Of a stretch of 32,000 nt of DNA, positions 8,936 to 17,056 are shown piece after piece. Position 1 is the first letter of the stretch. Every line of letters begins with the position of its first letter. A program made the translations under genes and the position numbers. The DNA is taken from positions 210,001 through 242,000 of the forward strand of contig CAKQHZ010000001.1 of the NCBI GenBank assembly GCA_934246625.1, read 5' to 3'. Under the pieces are notes generated by a model, which saw only the letters and a list, made by a program, of their open reading frames with translations, was not told the DNA's origin and did not search any database. This DNA comes from an uncultured Alphaproteobacteria bacterium (lineage in GTDB: Bacteria; Pseudomonadota; Alphaproteobacteria; Rs-D84; CACZYB01).

Positions 8936-10489
8936 ATGTTAAATAAAAAGTTTTTGAAAAACACCATTGCCGTAGGTGGACTTACTTTTTTAAGTCGTAT
9001 AAGTGGACTTATTCGCGACTTTTTTGTTGCAAAATACCTTGGTGCAGGAATGCTTTCCGATTGTTTTTTAACGGCATTTCGTATTCCAAATTTATTTAGA
9101 AGCATTTTTGCAGAAGGAGCATTCAATTCTGCTTTTATTCCTATATTTTCAGGAATTTTATATGGTGAGGATAAACATAAGGCAAAAGAATTTTGTAAAT
9201 CTATATTTGCTCTTCTTTTTTACATACTTTTGATTTTTACTTTGATATGTGAATTATTTATGCCTCAAGTTGTGCAAATTTTTGCTCCTGGATTTTCCGC
9301 AAATCAAGAAAAATTTGCATTGGCAGTTTCACTTGCAAAAATAACTTTTCCATTTTTGTTTTTTATCGCAATGACATCTTTTTTTGGAAGCATTTTAAAC
9401 ACACTTGGAAATTTTAAACCTTATGCAAGCACTTCTATTGTTTTAAATTTGTGTATTGTTTTGTCATTGTTTGCATTTGCGACGGTGGCTCCTAATGCTG
9501 CTTATGCTGTATCATGGGGTGTCTTTATATCTGGAATTATACAACTTTTGTGGTTGTTTTGGGTGGCAAAAACTTATGGTTTTGGAATTATTTCATTTAA
9601 GGCAAAGTTAACTTTTCCAGTGGTGCAATTTTTCAAAAAAATTATGCCGGGAATTATGGGGGCTGGAATTTACCACCTTAATATTATGATAGGAAGTATT
9701 TTCGCGACATCAACAAATGGTGCAGTATCTTGGATTTACTATGCGGACAGACTTAATCAACTTCCACTTGGTGTAATTGGAATTGCCATTGCTACAGTAT
9801 TGCTTCCTAGTTTATCAAAGGAAATAAAAAAACAAAAGTTTAATAAGACAAAAGTGATTTTTAATAACTCTATGAAAATGGCAAGTCTTCTTGTAATACC
9901 ATGTGCAATAGGTATGATGGCAATAAGTTATCCAATTATTCAAATATTTTTTGAACGAGGAGAATTTAAGACAAGTGATACATTTGCAACAACACAAATT
10001 TTACAAATTCTTTGTTTAAGTTTGCCTGCTCTTGTATATACAAAACTTTACTCAAATGTTTTTTATGCAAGAAAGGATACAAAAACACCTATGATAACTG
10101 CAGGAATTTCATTGTTGTTTAATTTATTTTTTACAATAACTCTTACACAAAAATTTAGTTATATTGGTGTTGTATTAGCAATTACAATTTCAAATTGGAT
10201 TGGATTTTTGCTTCTTTATTACATAAGTTATAAAAATGAATTTATGTATATGTATAAGCGTGTATTAAAGGATATTTTCAAGATACTGATTTTATCTTGT
10301 ATAATGGGAATTGTTATTTACCTTGGAACAAATGGCATTATCTCAGATATTGAAAGTTATAGCCTTTTTGCAAGGATTATGATGTTATGTTTCCTTATTA
10401 TCTTTGCAGTAGTATTTTACTTTACATCACTTTTTGTTTTCAAAGTTGTAAATCTTGAAACATTAAAAAAATATGTAAAAAGAAGTTAA
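8936..10489 (+). CDS. murJ: Lipid II flippase MurJ (MviN)
   Basis: 517-aa, roughly 14-TM MOP-superfamily protein with the MurJ N-terminus (LTFLSRISGLIRDFFVAKYLGAG...FRIPNLFRSIFAEGAF). Confidence 0.9.
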   Translation: MLNKKFLKNTIAVGGLTFLSRISGLIRDFFVAKYLGAGMLSDCFLTAFRIPNLFRSIFAEGAFNSAFIPIFSGILYGEDKHKAKEFCKSIFALLFYILLIFTLICELFMPQVVQIFAPGFSANQEKFALAVSLAKITFPFLFFIAMTSFFGSILNTLGNFKPYASTSIVLNLCIVLSLFAFATVAPNAAYAVSWGVFISGIIQLLWLFWVAKTYGFGIISFKAKLTFPVVQFFKKIMPGIMGAGIYHLNIMIGSIFATSTNGAVSWIYYADRLNQLPLGVIGIAIATVLLPSLSKEIKKQKFNKTKVIFNNSMKMASLLVIPCAIGMMAISYPIIQIFFERGEFKTSDTFATTQILQILCLSLPALVYTKLYSNVFYARKDTKTPMITAGISLLFNLFFTITLTQKFSYIGVVLAITISNWIGFLLLYYISYKNEFMYMYKRVLKDIFKILILSCIMGIVIYLGTNGIISDIESYSLFARIMMLCFLIIFAVVFYFTSLFVFKVVNLETLKKYVKRS

Positions 10490-11265
10490 ATATTTAAGTT
10501 AAATATCTTTGTTGCATTTGATAAGGTAATATCACAAATTTCTTCGAAAGAAAGCCCCTTTAATTCAGCAAGTTTTTTTGCAACTTCACCGACAAAGCAA
10601 GGTTCATTTCGATGTCCTCTGTATGGGACAGGTGCAAGATATGGACTGTCAGTTTCAATCAAAAGTCGGTCCAATGGAACAATATTTTTGAAAACTTCCT
10701 GAAGTGATGTCGCATTTTTAAATGTCAAAATTCCAGATGCAGAAATATAACAACCTATATCCAACATTTTTTTTGCCATAGTTTCATCGGCGGTAAAACA
10801 ATGAATTATACACTTAAAACTATGTTTTTTCATTTCAGATGTTAAAATATTTGTCATATCTTCGTTTGAATCACGATTGTGTATTATCAATGGAAGTGAA
10901 GTTTGGGTTGCAACCTTTATGTGATTATAAAGATTTTCAAATTGTATATCTTTGTTAATATTCTCACGAGAATAATCAAGACCAGTTTCACCAATCGCAA
11001 CAATTTTATTTGATTTATTGATATACAACAATAGCTCGTCTTCAGAAATAGCAGACCCCATATCCTCAGCTTCGTGAGGGTGGACTCCAATTGCTCCAAA
11101 TATATTTTTGTGAGTATTCACTATATTTATGATTTTTTCAAAACTGTCTTTTGATGCACAGGCATTAAGCATATAGTTAACATTTGCATTTTCCGCCCTT
11201 AATATCACATCTTCAAGTTCATTATTTTCATAAAAATCAAGATGGCAATGTGTATCAATTAACAT
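10486..11265 (-). CDS. tatD: TatD-family metal-dependent DNase/hydrolase
   Basis: Starts MLIDTHCHLD and carries the conserved GVHPH, GETGLDY, IIHNRDS, IIHCF and ETDSPYLAP motifs. Confidence 0.88.
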   Translation of the reverse strand: MLIDTHCHLDFYENNELEDVILRAENANVNYMLNACASKDSFEKIINIVNTHKNIFGAIGVHPHEAEDMGSAISEDELLLYINKSNKIVAIGETGLDYSRENINKDIQFENLYNHIKVATQTSLPLIIHNRDSNEDMTNILTSEMKKHSFKCIIHCFTADETMAKKMLDIGCYISASGILTFKNATSLQEVFKNIVPLDRLLIETDSPYLAPVPYRGHRNEPCFVGEVAKKLAELKGLSFEEICDITLSNATKIFNLNI

Positions 11266-12514
11266 TTTTTATCCTTTCAAATGTAGATATAATTGTTGCG
11301 GTAATATCAAGATTGAGAAGTGGAACAAGGCGAAAATCCTTTAACACTGCCTCACGAATCGAAAACAAAGACTTTATATTTTTATAGTAAGTTGTAATTA
11401 CATCTAATGCCCTTGTTTCAATATCAGTTAAATTTTTAATTGGCAATTTTGATTTGTATTTTATTGCATTTGATAAAAAGCGAATCACTATATCCTGAAA
11501 AATATTAAAAATTTCTTCGGAATTACCGACGGTATTTATTATTTCCAAAATGCCACTATTTTTTTTATTAAAAATTTCTGGAATCACACCAAGGAATTTA
11601 GTTTGTAAATCCAACCCATTATTTTTATAAATATTTAATGCGGTTCCGATACTTCCTTCACTTATTTTTATAAGCTCTTTTATTTCATTTTCCTTTATAG
11701 ATGGTATTTTATCCTTTAATAAAAGCTCCATATTTTTATCATCAATAGGTGAAAGTTTTAAAATTCGGCATCGTGATTTTATTGTTGGAAGCAAACCGTT
11801 TATATTATGACAAATAAGAAGTAATAAAGATTGATTTGGAGCTTCCTCTAAAATCTTTAATAAAGCATTTTTACTGTTGGTATTCATTTCATCAACAGAA
11901 TCTATAATCGCAATTTTATATCCACCTTCTGATGAAGTTTTTGAAAAAAATTCCTTTAGCTTTCGAATCTGTTCAACAGAAATTTCAGTTTTAAGTTTTG
12001 TTTTTGAAGCATCAGAAAATTCACGTTCTATAATAATTAAATCGGTAAGTCCCCCTGCTTTTAATCTTTCAAATATAGGGTGTGATGCAGAAAGTTTAAG
12101 TGGGGATGTGTCAAATTTATCCAAAGATACACTTGCAACACTTTGTGATTGTATTGGGGTTTCAGTGTAGTTTAGTGATGAAAAAGAATCTTCGCTTTCA
12201 TCTTCGTCTTCATCATCATAATTGAAATTGTTTTCAGGAAGATTATCAAGTATTGGTGAAGATGTATCAATATTGATATTCAAATTTTTTAAATGATTTG
12301 GATTGTTAAGTGAAAAAATATATCGGGCAATTCTGTATGCAAGGGTTGCTTTACCAATACCCTTGGTTCCTGTAATCAACCAAGAATGGTGAAGATGTCC
12401 AGATTTAAACGCAGTGAAAAACTCCTCTTCTTCCTTTTGATGAGAAAGAAGGTATGGAGTATCCTTTGGATTATTTTCTTGATTTTCTAAAATAACATCT
12501 TCTTTTGTTGCCAT
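11255..12514 (-). CDS. holB: DNA polymerase III delta' subunit, with a long acidic/Ser-rich insertion
   Basis: HHSWLITGTKGIGKATLAYRIARYI AAA+ P-loop region, a clamp-loader-like DEMN box (IIDSVDEMN), and the SRC motif (IKSRCRIL). Lies between tmk and tatD, as in alphaproteobacteria. Confidence 0.8.
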   Translation of the reverse strand: MATKEDVILENQENNPKDTPYLLSHQKEEEEFFTAFKSGHLHHSWLITGTKGIGKATLAYRIARYIFSLNNPNHLKNLNINIDTSSPILDNLPENNFNYDDEDEDESEDSFSSLNYTETPIQSQSVASVSLDKFDTSPLKLSASHPIFERLKAGGLTDLIIIEREFSDASKTKLKTEISVEQIRKLKEFFSKTSSEGGYKIAIIDSVDEMNTNSKNALLKILEEAPNQSLLLLICHNINGLLPTIKSRCRILKLSPIDDKNMELLLKDKIPSIKENEIKELIKISEGSIGTALNIYKNNGLDLQTKFLGVIPEIFNKKNSGILEIINTVGNSEEIFNIFQDIVIRFLSNAIKYKSKLPIKNLTDIETRALDVITTYYKNIKSLFSIREAVLKDFRLVPLLNLDITATIISTFERIKNVN

Positions 12515-12517
12515 AAA

Positions 12518-13132
12518 TTACAATCCCAATTTTTCATTTAAAATTTTCATTATACGATTGCTTACATCTTCTATACTGCCTTCTGATGGCATAAGAACAC
12601 ATCTTGATGGGTTAAGTTTTGCAACTTCACGAAATCCATTTAATGCCTTTGTAAGCCACTCATTACCCATTTTTTCGAATCGATTTATTTCTGTAAGGTT
12701 GCCATGTGATTTTGATGGATCAATATCAAAAATAATTGTTAAATTTGGTTTAAAATCACCTATTGCAAGATGATATAATTGTTCCATTTTTTCAATGCCT
12801 AAACCATGAGCATATCCTTGATACGCATTTGTTGTATCCATATATCTATCACAAATTACAATATTACCAGCATCGACATTTGGCTTTATCACATTTTCAT
12901 AATGATCACGGCGAACAGCAGTAAAAAGCAATGCTTCGGTTTCAGGAGACATTTTATTGACCTCTCCTTTTAAAAGAATTTCACGAATCTTTTCACCAAG
13001 CATTGTGCCACCAGGTTCACGAGTTGTAATTACATTATAACCTTTTTGTTTTAATTTTTCGGAAATAATTTTGGCTTGGGTTGTTTTACCAACACCTTCA
13101 CCACCTTCAAAAGTTATAAATAATCCCTTCAT
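12518..13132 (-). CDS. tmk: Thymidylate kinase
   Basis: FITFEGGEGVGKTTQ P-loop, TREPGGT, and the DRY motif (CDRYMDTTNAYQG). Confidence 0.93.
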   Translation of the reverse strand: MKGLFITFEGGEGVGKTTQAKIISEKLKQKGYNVITTREPGGTMLGEKIREILLKGEVNKMSPETEALLFTAVRRDHYENVIKPNVDAGNIVICDRYMDTTNAYQGYAHGLGIEKMEQLYHLAIGDFKPNLTIIFDIDPSKSHGNLTEINRFEKMGNEWLTKALNGFREVAKLNPSRCVLMPSEGSIEDVSNRIMKILNEKLGL

Positions 13133-13133
13133 A

Positions 13134-14303
13134 TTACCCCACTATGTTTAAAATTATTTGTTTTAAGTTTTTGAAAATTCTTACCATAAAATTACATTTT
13201 TTAACATCTTCAAGTGTGATTAAGTCATATTCACCAGTTTTTACACCATCAACATAAAGTGTTAATGTTCCAACTTTTGTATCCTTTACAACAGGAGCAG
13301 GAACTGGACTTTCAAACGTAGCACGCAATTCAACATTTGGTGTTGAACCATTTTCAGCAGTAATTAAAATTTTTTCATCAACACCAACTGGAACTGTGCT
13401 TTTTGCACCAAACCATACTGGCACATCAAAAACTTTATCACCACGTTTATAATATACGAAGTTTGAAAATTCCTTAAATCCCCATTCTAACAAAGCCTTA
13501 GAATCTGTAAATCTAGCATAGCTTGGATTTGTTCCCTTTATACCATTTACAATGGCAACTAAACGTCTTTGTCCTTTTTTTGCAGAAGATGATAAACCAT
13601 AACCACCCTTTGTTGTATGACCTGTTTTAAGTCCATCAGCAGATGGCATAATCCAAAGAAGTTTATTTCTGTTGTCTTTGTTTCCTGTTAAATCCTTTTT
13701 ATATAAAAATTCTTTTTCACCAAAGTAATGATAAAATTCAGGGAAATCCTTTATAATACGGCGGGAAAGGATAACCAAATCTTTTGTTGACATAAGGTGA
13801 TTTTTATCATACCAACCAGAAGCATTTTTTATTGATGAGTTGTTAAGTCCCAATTTTTCACAAAGTGCAGTTAACTCCCTTACAAAATTATCCTCACTTC
13901 CACTTATGTTTTCGGCAATTACTATTGTTGCATCATTACCACTGTTAACAATAATTCCACGAATCAAATCTTCAAGACGAACTTTTTCATTATATTCAAG
14001 AAACATTGTTGAGCCAGAGTTTGCATTCATTGCCTTTGCCTTTTTCCATGCTTCTGGACCAACGACAAATTCACTATCCAAAGAATATTTACCATCTTTG
14101 ATTAGTTCAAATACCTTATATACAGTTAAAAGTTTGCTCATAGAAGAAGGAGGAACCATAACATCAGCATTTTTTTCATATAAAATTTTACCACTATCAA
14201 AATCCATAAGTATTGCATGTGGTGCACGCAAATCAGGTGTTGCAGATTTTGCAGTCAAAGAAAATACAAATGATAATAACAATAATAAGATAGATTTTTT
14301 CAC
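13134..14303 (-). CDS. D-alanyl-D-alanine carboxypeptidase (PBP5/6 family, peptidase S11)
   Basis: Signal peptide, then the SxxK (SMSK), SxN (SGN) and KTG (LKTGHT) motifs, plus a C-terminal PBP5_C-like beta domain. Confidence 0.88.
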   Translation of the reverse strand: MKKSILLLLLSFVFSLTAKSATPDLRAPHAILMDFDSGKILYEKNADVMVPPSSMSKLLTVYKVFELIKDGKYSLDSEFVVGPEAWKKAKAMNANSGSTMFLEYNEKVRLEDLIRGIIVNSGNDATIVIAENISGSEDNFVRELTALCEKLGLNNSSIKNASGWYDKNHLMSTKDLVILSRRIIKDFPEFYHYFGEKEFLYKKDLTGNKDNRNKLLWIMPSADGLKTGHTTKGGYGLSSSAKKGQRRLVAIVNGIKGTNPSYARFTDSKALLEWGFKEFSNFVYYKRGDKVFDVPVWFGAKSTVPVGVDEKILITAENGSTPNVELRATFESPVPAPVVKDTKVGTLTLYVDGVKTGEYDLITLEDVKKCNFMVRIFKNLKQIILNIVG

Positions 14304-14444
14304 TTTTTACTCCTTTTATTTCTATTCTTTATAATTATTACTAAAATTATAAAACAATAGCAATCATAAATTTAAAAATTTAATCTTGCTATTAGGAAAA
14401 AATTTGTTAAAATGGGCTATTATAAATTCAAATAGAGTATTTTT

Positions 14445-15638
14445 ATGACAGAAGAAGCTAAATATAAAGTATTGGCACGCAAATATAGACCTAGCACACT
14501 TGATGAACTTATAGGTCAAGATGTATTGGTTAAAACTTTGACTAATGCAATTAAGACTAATAGACTTGCTCATGCTTATATATTTACTGGTATTCGTGGC
14601 GTTGGTAAAACTTCAACCGCAAGAATTTTTGCAAAATCATTAAATTGCATTGGTGCCGATGGAAAGGCTACTGGTCCACAAGTAAAGCCTTGTGGTGTTT
14701 GTGAACATTGTCGTGCAATCGCAGAAGATAGACATATTGATGTTATTGAAATGGACGCGGCTTCACGAACTGGTGTTGATGATATTCGCGAAATTATTGA
14801 CGGCGTGCAATACAAACCTTCATCTGCAAGATACAAAGTTTATATCATCGATGAAGTTCACATGTTGTCAAAGAATGCCTTTAATGCACTTCTTAAAACA
14901 TTGGAAGAGCCTCCTCCTTATGCAAAATTTATTTTTGCAACAACTGAAATTCGAAAGGTTCCTGCGACTGTGTTATCTCGTTGTCAAAGATTTGATTTAC
15001 CACGTGTGGATTTAGAAACTCTTTCAAAGCATTTCAAGCATATTTGCGAATTGGAAAATGTTAAAATTGATGATGACTCTATTAACATTATTGCAAAAAC
15101 TGCAGATGGTTCTGTGCGTGATGGTATGAGTTTTTTAGATCAGGTCATTTCAAATTGCGAAGGGGATATTACATCAGAAAAGGTTTCAAAAATTTTGGGA
15201 TTGGCTGGTAAAGGTGTTGTATTCGATTTATACGATTCTATTATGAGTGGGAATATTGAAAAATCAGTTGAAATAATTGATAATCAATATAATTTAGGGG
15301 TTGACCCTGTGTTGATTTTAACTGATTTGTTGGAAATCACCCATTATATTACAAGGGTGAAAATTACACCAAAGGCTGTATCATTACTCCCTATTACACC
15401 AGCGGAACAAGAAAAGGTTTCAAAACTTGCAAATGATTTAAGCATTGCAACTCTTTCTCGTGTTTGGCAAATGCTTCTTAAGGGATTTGATGAACTTTCT
15501 CGTGTGCCAAATGTGCTTTCTGCGGTGGAAATGATTATTATTCGACTTTCTTATGTCGGTATGATGCCAAGTCCAGCGGAAATCCTTAACAAGATAGAAA
15601 ATCAAACTTCTTCTGAAGTTCAAAAAAAAAATATCTAG
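14445..15638 (+). CDS. dnaX: DNA polymerase III gamma/tau subunit, as encoded in the 0 frame (gamma-sized, 397 aa)
   Basis: YRPSTLDELIGQD, P-loop GIRGVGKTSTARI, a Zn module (CGVCEHC), IIDEVHMLS, and sensor SRCQRF. The frame ends Q-K-K-N-I-stop immediately after an A10 run. Confidence 0.9.
   Translation: MTEEAKYKVLARKYRPSTLDELIGQDVLVKTLTNAIKTNRLAHAYIFTGIRGVGKTSTARIFAKSLNCIGADGKATGPQVKPCGVCEHCRAIAEDRHIDVIEMDAASRTGVDDIREIIDGVQYKPSSARYKVYIIDEVHMLSKNAFNALLKTLEEPPPYAKFIFATTEIRKVPATVLSRCQRFDLPRVDLETLSKHFKHICELENVKIDDDSINIIAKTADGSVRDGMSFLDQVISNCEGDITSEKVSKILGLAGKGVVFDLYDSIMSGNIEKSVEIIDNQYNLGVDPVLILTDLLEITHYITRVKITPKAVSLLPITPAEQEKVSKLANDLSIATLSRVWQMLLKGFDELSRVPNVLSAVEMIIIRLSYVGMMPSPAEILNKIENQTSSEVQKKNI
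15622..15631 (+). other. A10 homopolymer at the dnaX frame junction (candidate slippage site)
   Basis: Ten consecutive A at 15622-15631. The 0 frame stops at 15636-15638. The +1 frame is open from 15598 to 16044. Confidence 0.5.
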
Positions 15639-16044
15639 CTTAATAAACGAATCTCCATTATTCGAAGAAAATAATGCGTTGACCGAAGTATCAACTCTTT
15701 CAATCGAAAGCATTGTCGAAATATTAAGAGAAAAGAAAAAATATCTTTTGTCCCAAGATGTTGAAAAGTATGTAAGATTTGTGTCATTTGAAAATGGAAC
15801 TCTTTTTATAAATTTTGATACAGGATATCCACGTGAACTTTTGAAAAACCTTAACGACTTTTTCATTATGGCAAAGTATAATATAAAGGTTGAACATTCA
15901 AATCAGGCTGGCGAAGATACTATTTATAAGAAAAAACAAGATATATTTAATTCTCAGCTTAAGGAAATTTCCACAAACCCAATTTTAAAAGAAGTTTTAC
16001 ATAGTTTTAAAAATTCTTATGTTGCAAAAATCGAAGAATTATAG
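15632..16044 (+). CDS. dnaX: DnaX tau-specific C-terminal segment in the +1 frame relative to dnaX
   Basis: The +1 frame reads ...KKKISSLINESPLFEENNALTEVSTLSIESIVEILREKKKYLLSQDVEKYVRFVSFENGTLFINFDTGYP... This matches the conserved C-terminal region of alphaproteobacterial DnaX (...V.LV.FE.G.L.I.L..GAP...). The listed TTG start at 15679 has no convincing RBS. Confidence 0.6.
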
Positions 16045-16087
16045 TATCCTTTTATTTATTAGTTAATAATAAAAAGAGGAGAATACA

Positions 16088-16411
16088 ATGGTTAACTTAA
16101 ACGAATTAGTAGCTCAAGCTCAAGCAATGCAAAACAAAGTAAAACTTGCTCAAGCAGAACTTGCAAAACAAGAAGTTATTGGTAAAGCTGGTGGTGGATT
16201 GGTAAAAATTACTATGACTTGCACAAAAGAAGCAAGAAAAGCTGAAATCGATGCTTCTTTGTTAAAAGAAAGCGAAAAGGAAACATTAGAAGATTTAATC
16301 GTTGCTGCAATGAATAATGCAAAAGAACAAGCAGATGAAATTTCAACTGCAACTATGGAAGAAGCAACATCAGGACTTCAACTTCCAGAAGGTGTTGATT
16401 TACCTATGTAA
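16088..16411 (+). CDS. ybaB: Nucleoid-associated protein YbaB/EbfC
   Basis: 107 aa with a conserved architecture (MQNKV..AQ.EL...EV.G.AGGGLVKITMT...IDASLL...E.LEDLIVAA.N.A). Strong RBS AGAGGAG. Canonical position after dnaX. Confidence 0.92.
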   Translation: MVNLNELVAQAQAMQNKVKLAQAELAKQEVIGKAGGGLVKITMTCTKEARKAEIDASLLKESEKETLEDLIVAAMNNAKEQADEISTATMEEATSGLQLPEGVDLPM

Positions 16412-16420
16412 TATTTATAA

Positions 16421-16462
16421 AAAAATTAAATCCCCCTTGGCAAAACCTTGGGGGATTTTTTG
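16421..16462. terminator. Bidirectional intrinsic terminator between ybaB and the convergent small ORF
   Basis: AATCCCCC (16429-16436) pairs with GGGGGATT (16450-16457), and inner GG/CC pairs are possible. A T6 run follows on the + strand and a T-rich run on the - strand. Confidence 0.5.
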
Positions 16463-16472
16463 TTGGCTGATG

Positions 16473-16772
16473 TTATTTAATTTTATAAAGTTTTGCACAA
16501 TGAGAGCAAAGTTTATCATTAAATTTATCAGTATTGGATTTAACATTTGTTTTTCCATTTCCTGGGTGACGAAGATAAACCGTTTGATAGCTTGGATTAC
16601 CATATATATCTGTTTTATTTAGTTTATATTCTTGGAGTGGAGTTTCACAAATTTCAGAAAGTTCATTGAATTTTGCACGCAATTCATCACCTGTTCCGTA
16701 TGCATTACTTATTTCTTCACCTTCGGAGCAACCACCACCCTGAAAAATACATTTTGAATCAGTTTGATACAA
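16473..16772 (-). CDS. Hypothetical Cys-containing protein; probably the 3' part of a longer, frame-disrupted gene
   Basis: 99-aa ORF with a TTG start and no RBS. The same frame stays open upstream to 16844, and a further 47-codon ORF (16799-16942) lies in another frame. I recognised no family. Confidence 0.35.
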   Translation of the reverse strand: MYQTDSKCIFQGGGCSEGEEISNAYGTGDELRAKFNELSEICETPLQEYKLNKTDIYGNPSYQTVYLRHPGNGKTNVKSNTDKFNDKLCSHCAKLYKIK

Positions 16773-17000
16773 ATCTTTTACAGATGAACAGAAACCTCCT
16801 ACACCACCATAATAATTTTTTGTGCCAGCATGGGTAAAGATACGTCAAAGACTTTCCAACCACGCGAAGAGGATTTTATCACTGCACAAAGTTGAATTGG
16901 CAGTGCATTGTACATTAGGACTTTAGACAGTCCTATACCCATCTCTGGATCTGGTTTTATAATAAAATAATTTTGATTGTTTATAAAGCAAATTCTTTAC

Positions 17001-17029
17001 TTGCATTTGTTTTGTTTATTTTGTAATAT
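17001..17029 (+). promoter_or_regulatory. Sigma70-like promoter of tyrS (TTGCAT-N17-TAATAT, TG-extended)
   Basis: TTGCAT at 17001-17006 and TAATAT at 17024-17029; TG at 17022-17023. It lies 28 nt upstream of the tyrS ATG. Confidence 0.4.
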
Positions 17030-17056
17030 TTTTTCAATATAAATAAAGGTGAAAAA

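Noticed and set aside
13840-14334. 164-aa plus-strand ORF
   Set aside because: It is antisense to the D-Ala-D-Ala carboxypeptidase gene, which has SxxK, SxN and KTG motifs. No independent support.
15438-15866. 142-aa minus-strand ORF spanning the dnaX junction
   Set aside because: It is antisense to the dnaX 3' end and the tau C-terminal segment, both of which have recognisable homology on the plus strand.
16317-16622. ORFs 16317-16622 (+) and 16415-16603 (-), which cross the ybaB terminator region
   Set aside because: They run through a terminator hairpin and overlap better-supported ORFs. No RBS or motifs.
16826-16955. Relatively GC-rich patch with several hairpins (CCAGCATGGGTA / TACCCATCTCTGG, AGGACT-ttagac-AGTCCT, CACTGC...GCAGTG). 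I considered a riboswitch, a small RNA, SRP RNA or a tRNA.
   Set aside because: I could not find conserved riboswitch cores (TPP, cobalamin, FMN, glycine, fluoride, c-di-GMP), the SRP motif or tRNA geometry; the hairpin has a 6-nt loop rather than a 5-bp stem with a 7-nt loop. The segment translates into open frames contiguous with the downstream ORF, so decayed coding sequence is the simpler explanation. A covariance-model (Rfam) scan would settle it.
16960-17056. Possible T-box leader upstream of tyrS
   Set aside because: The putative promoter (17001-17029) leaves only a leader of about 25-30 nt. There is no specifier or terminator-antiterminator structure, and T-boxes are not expected in proteobacteria.
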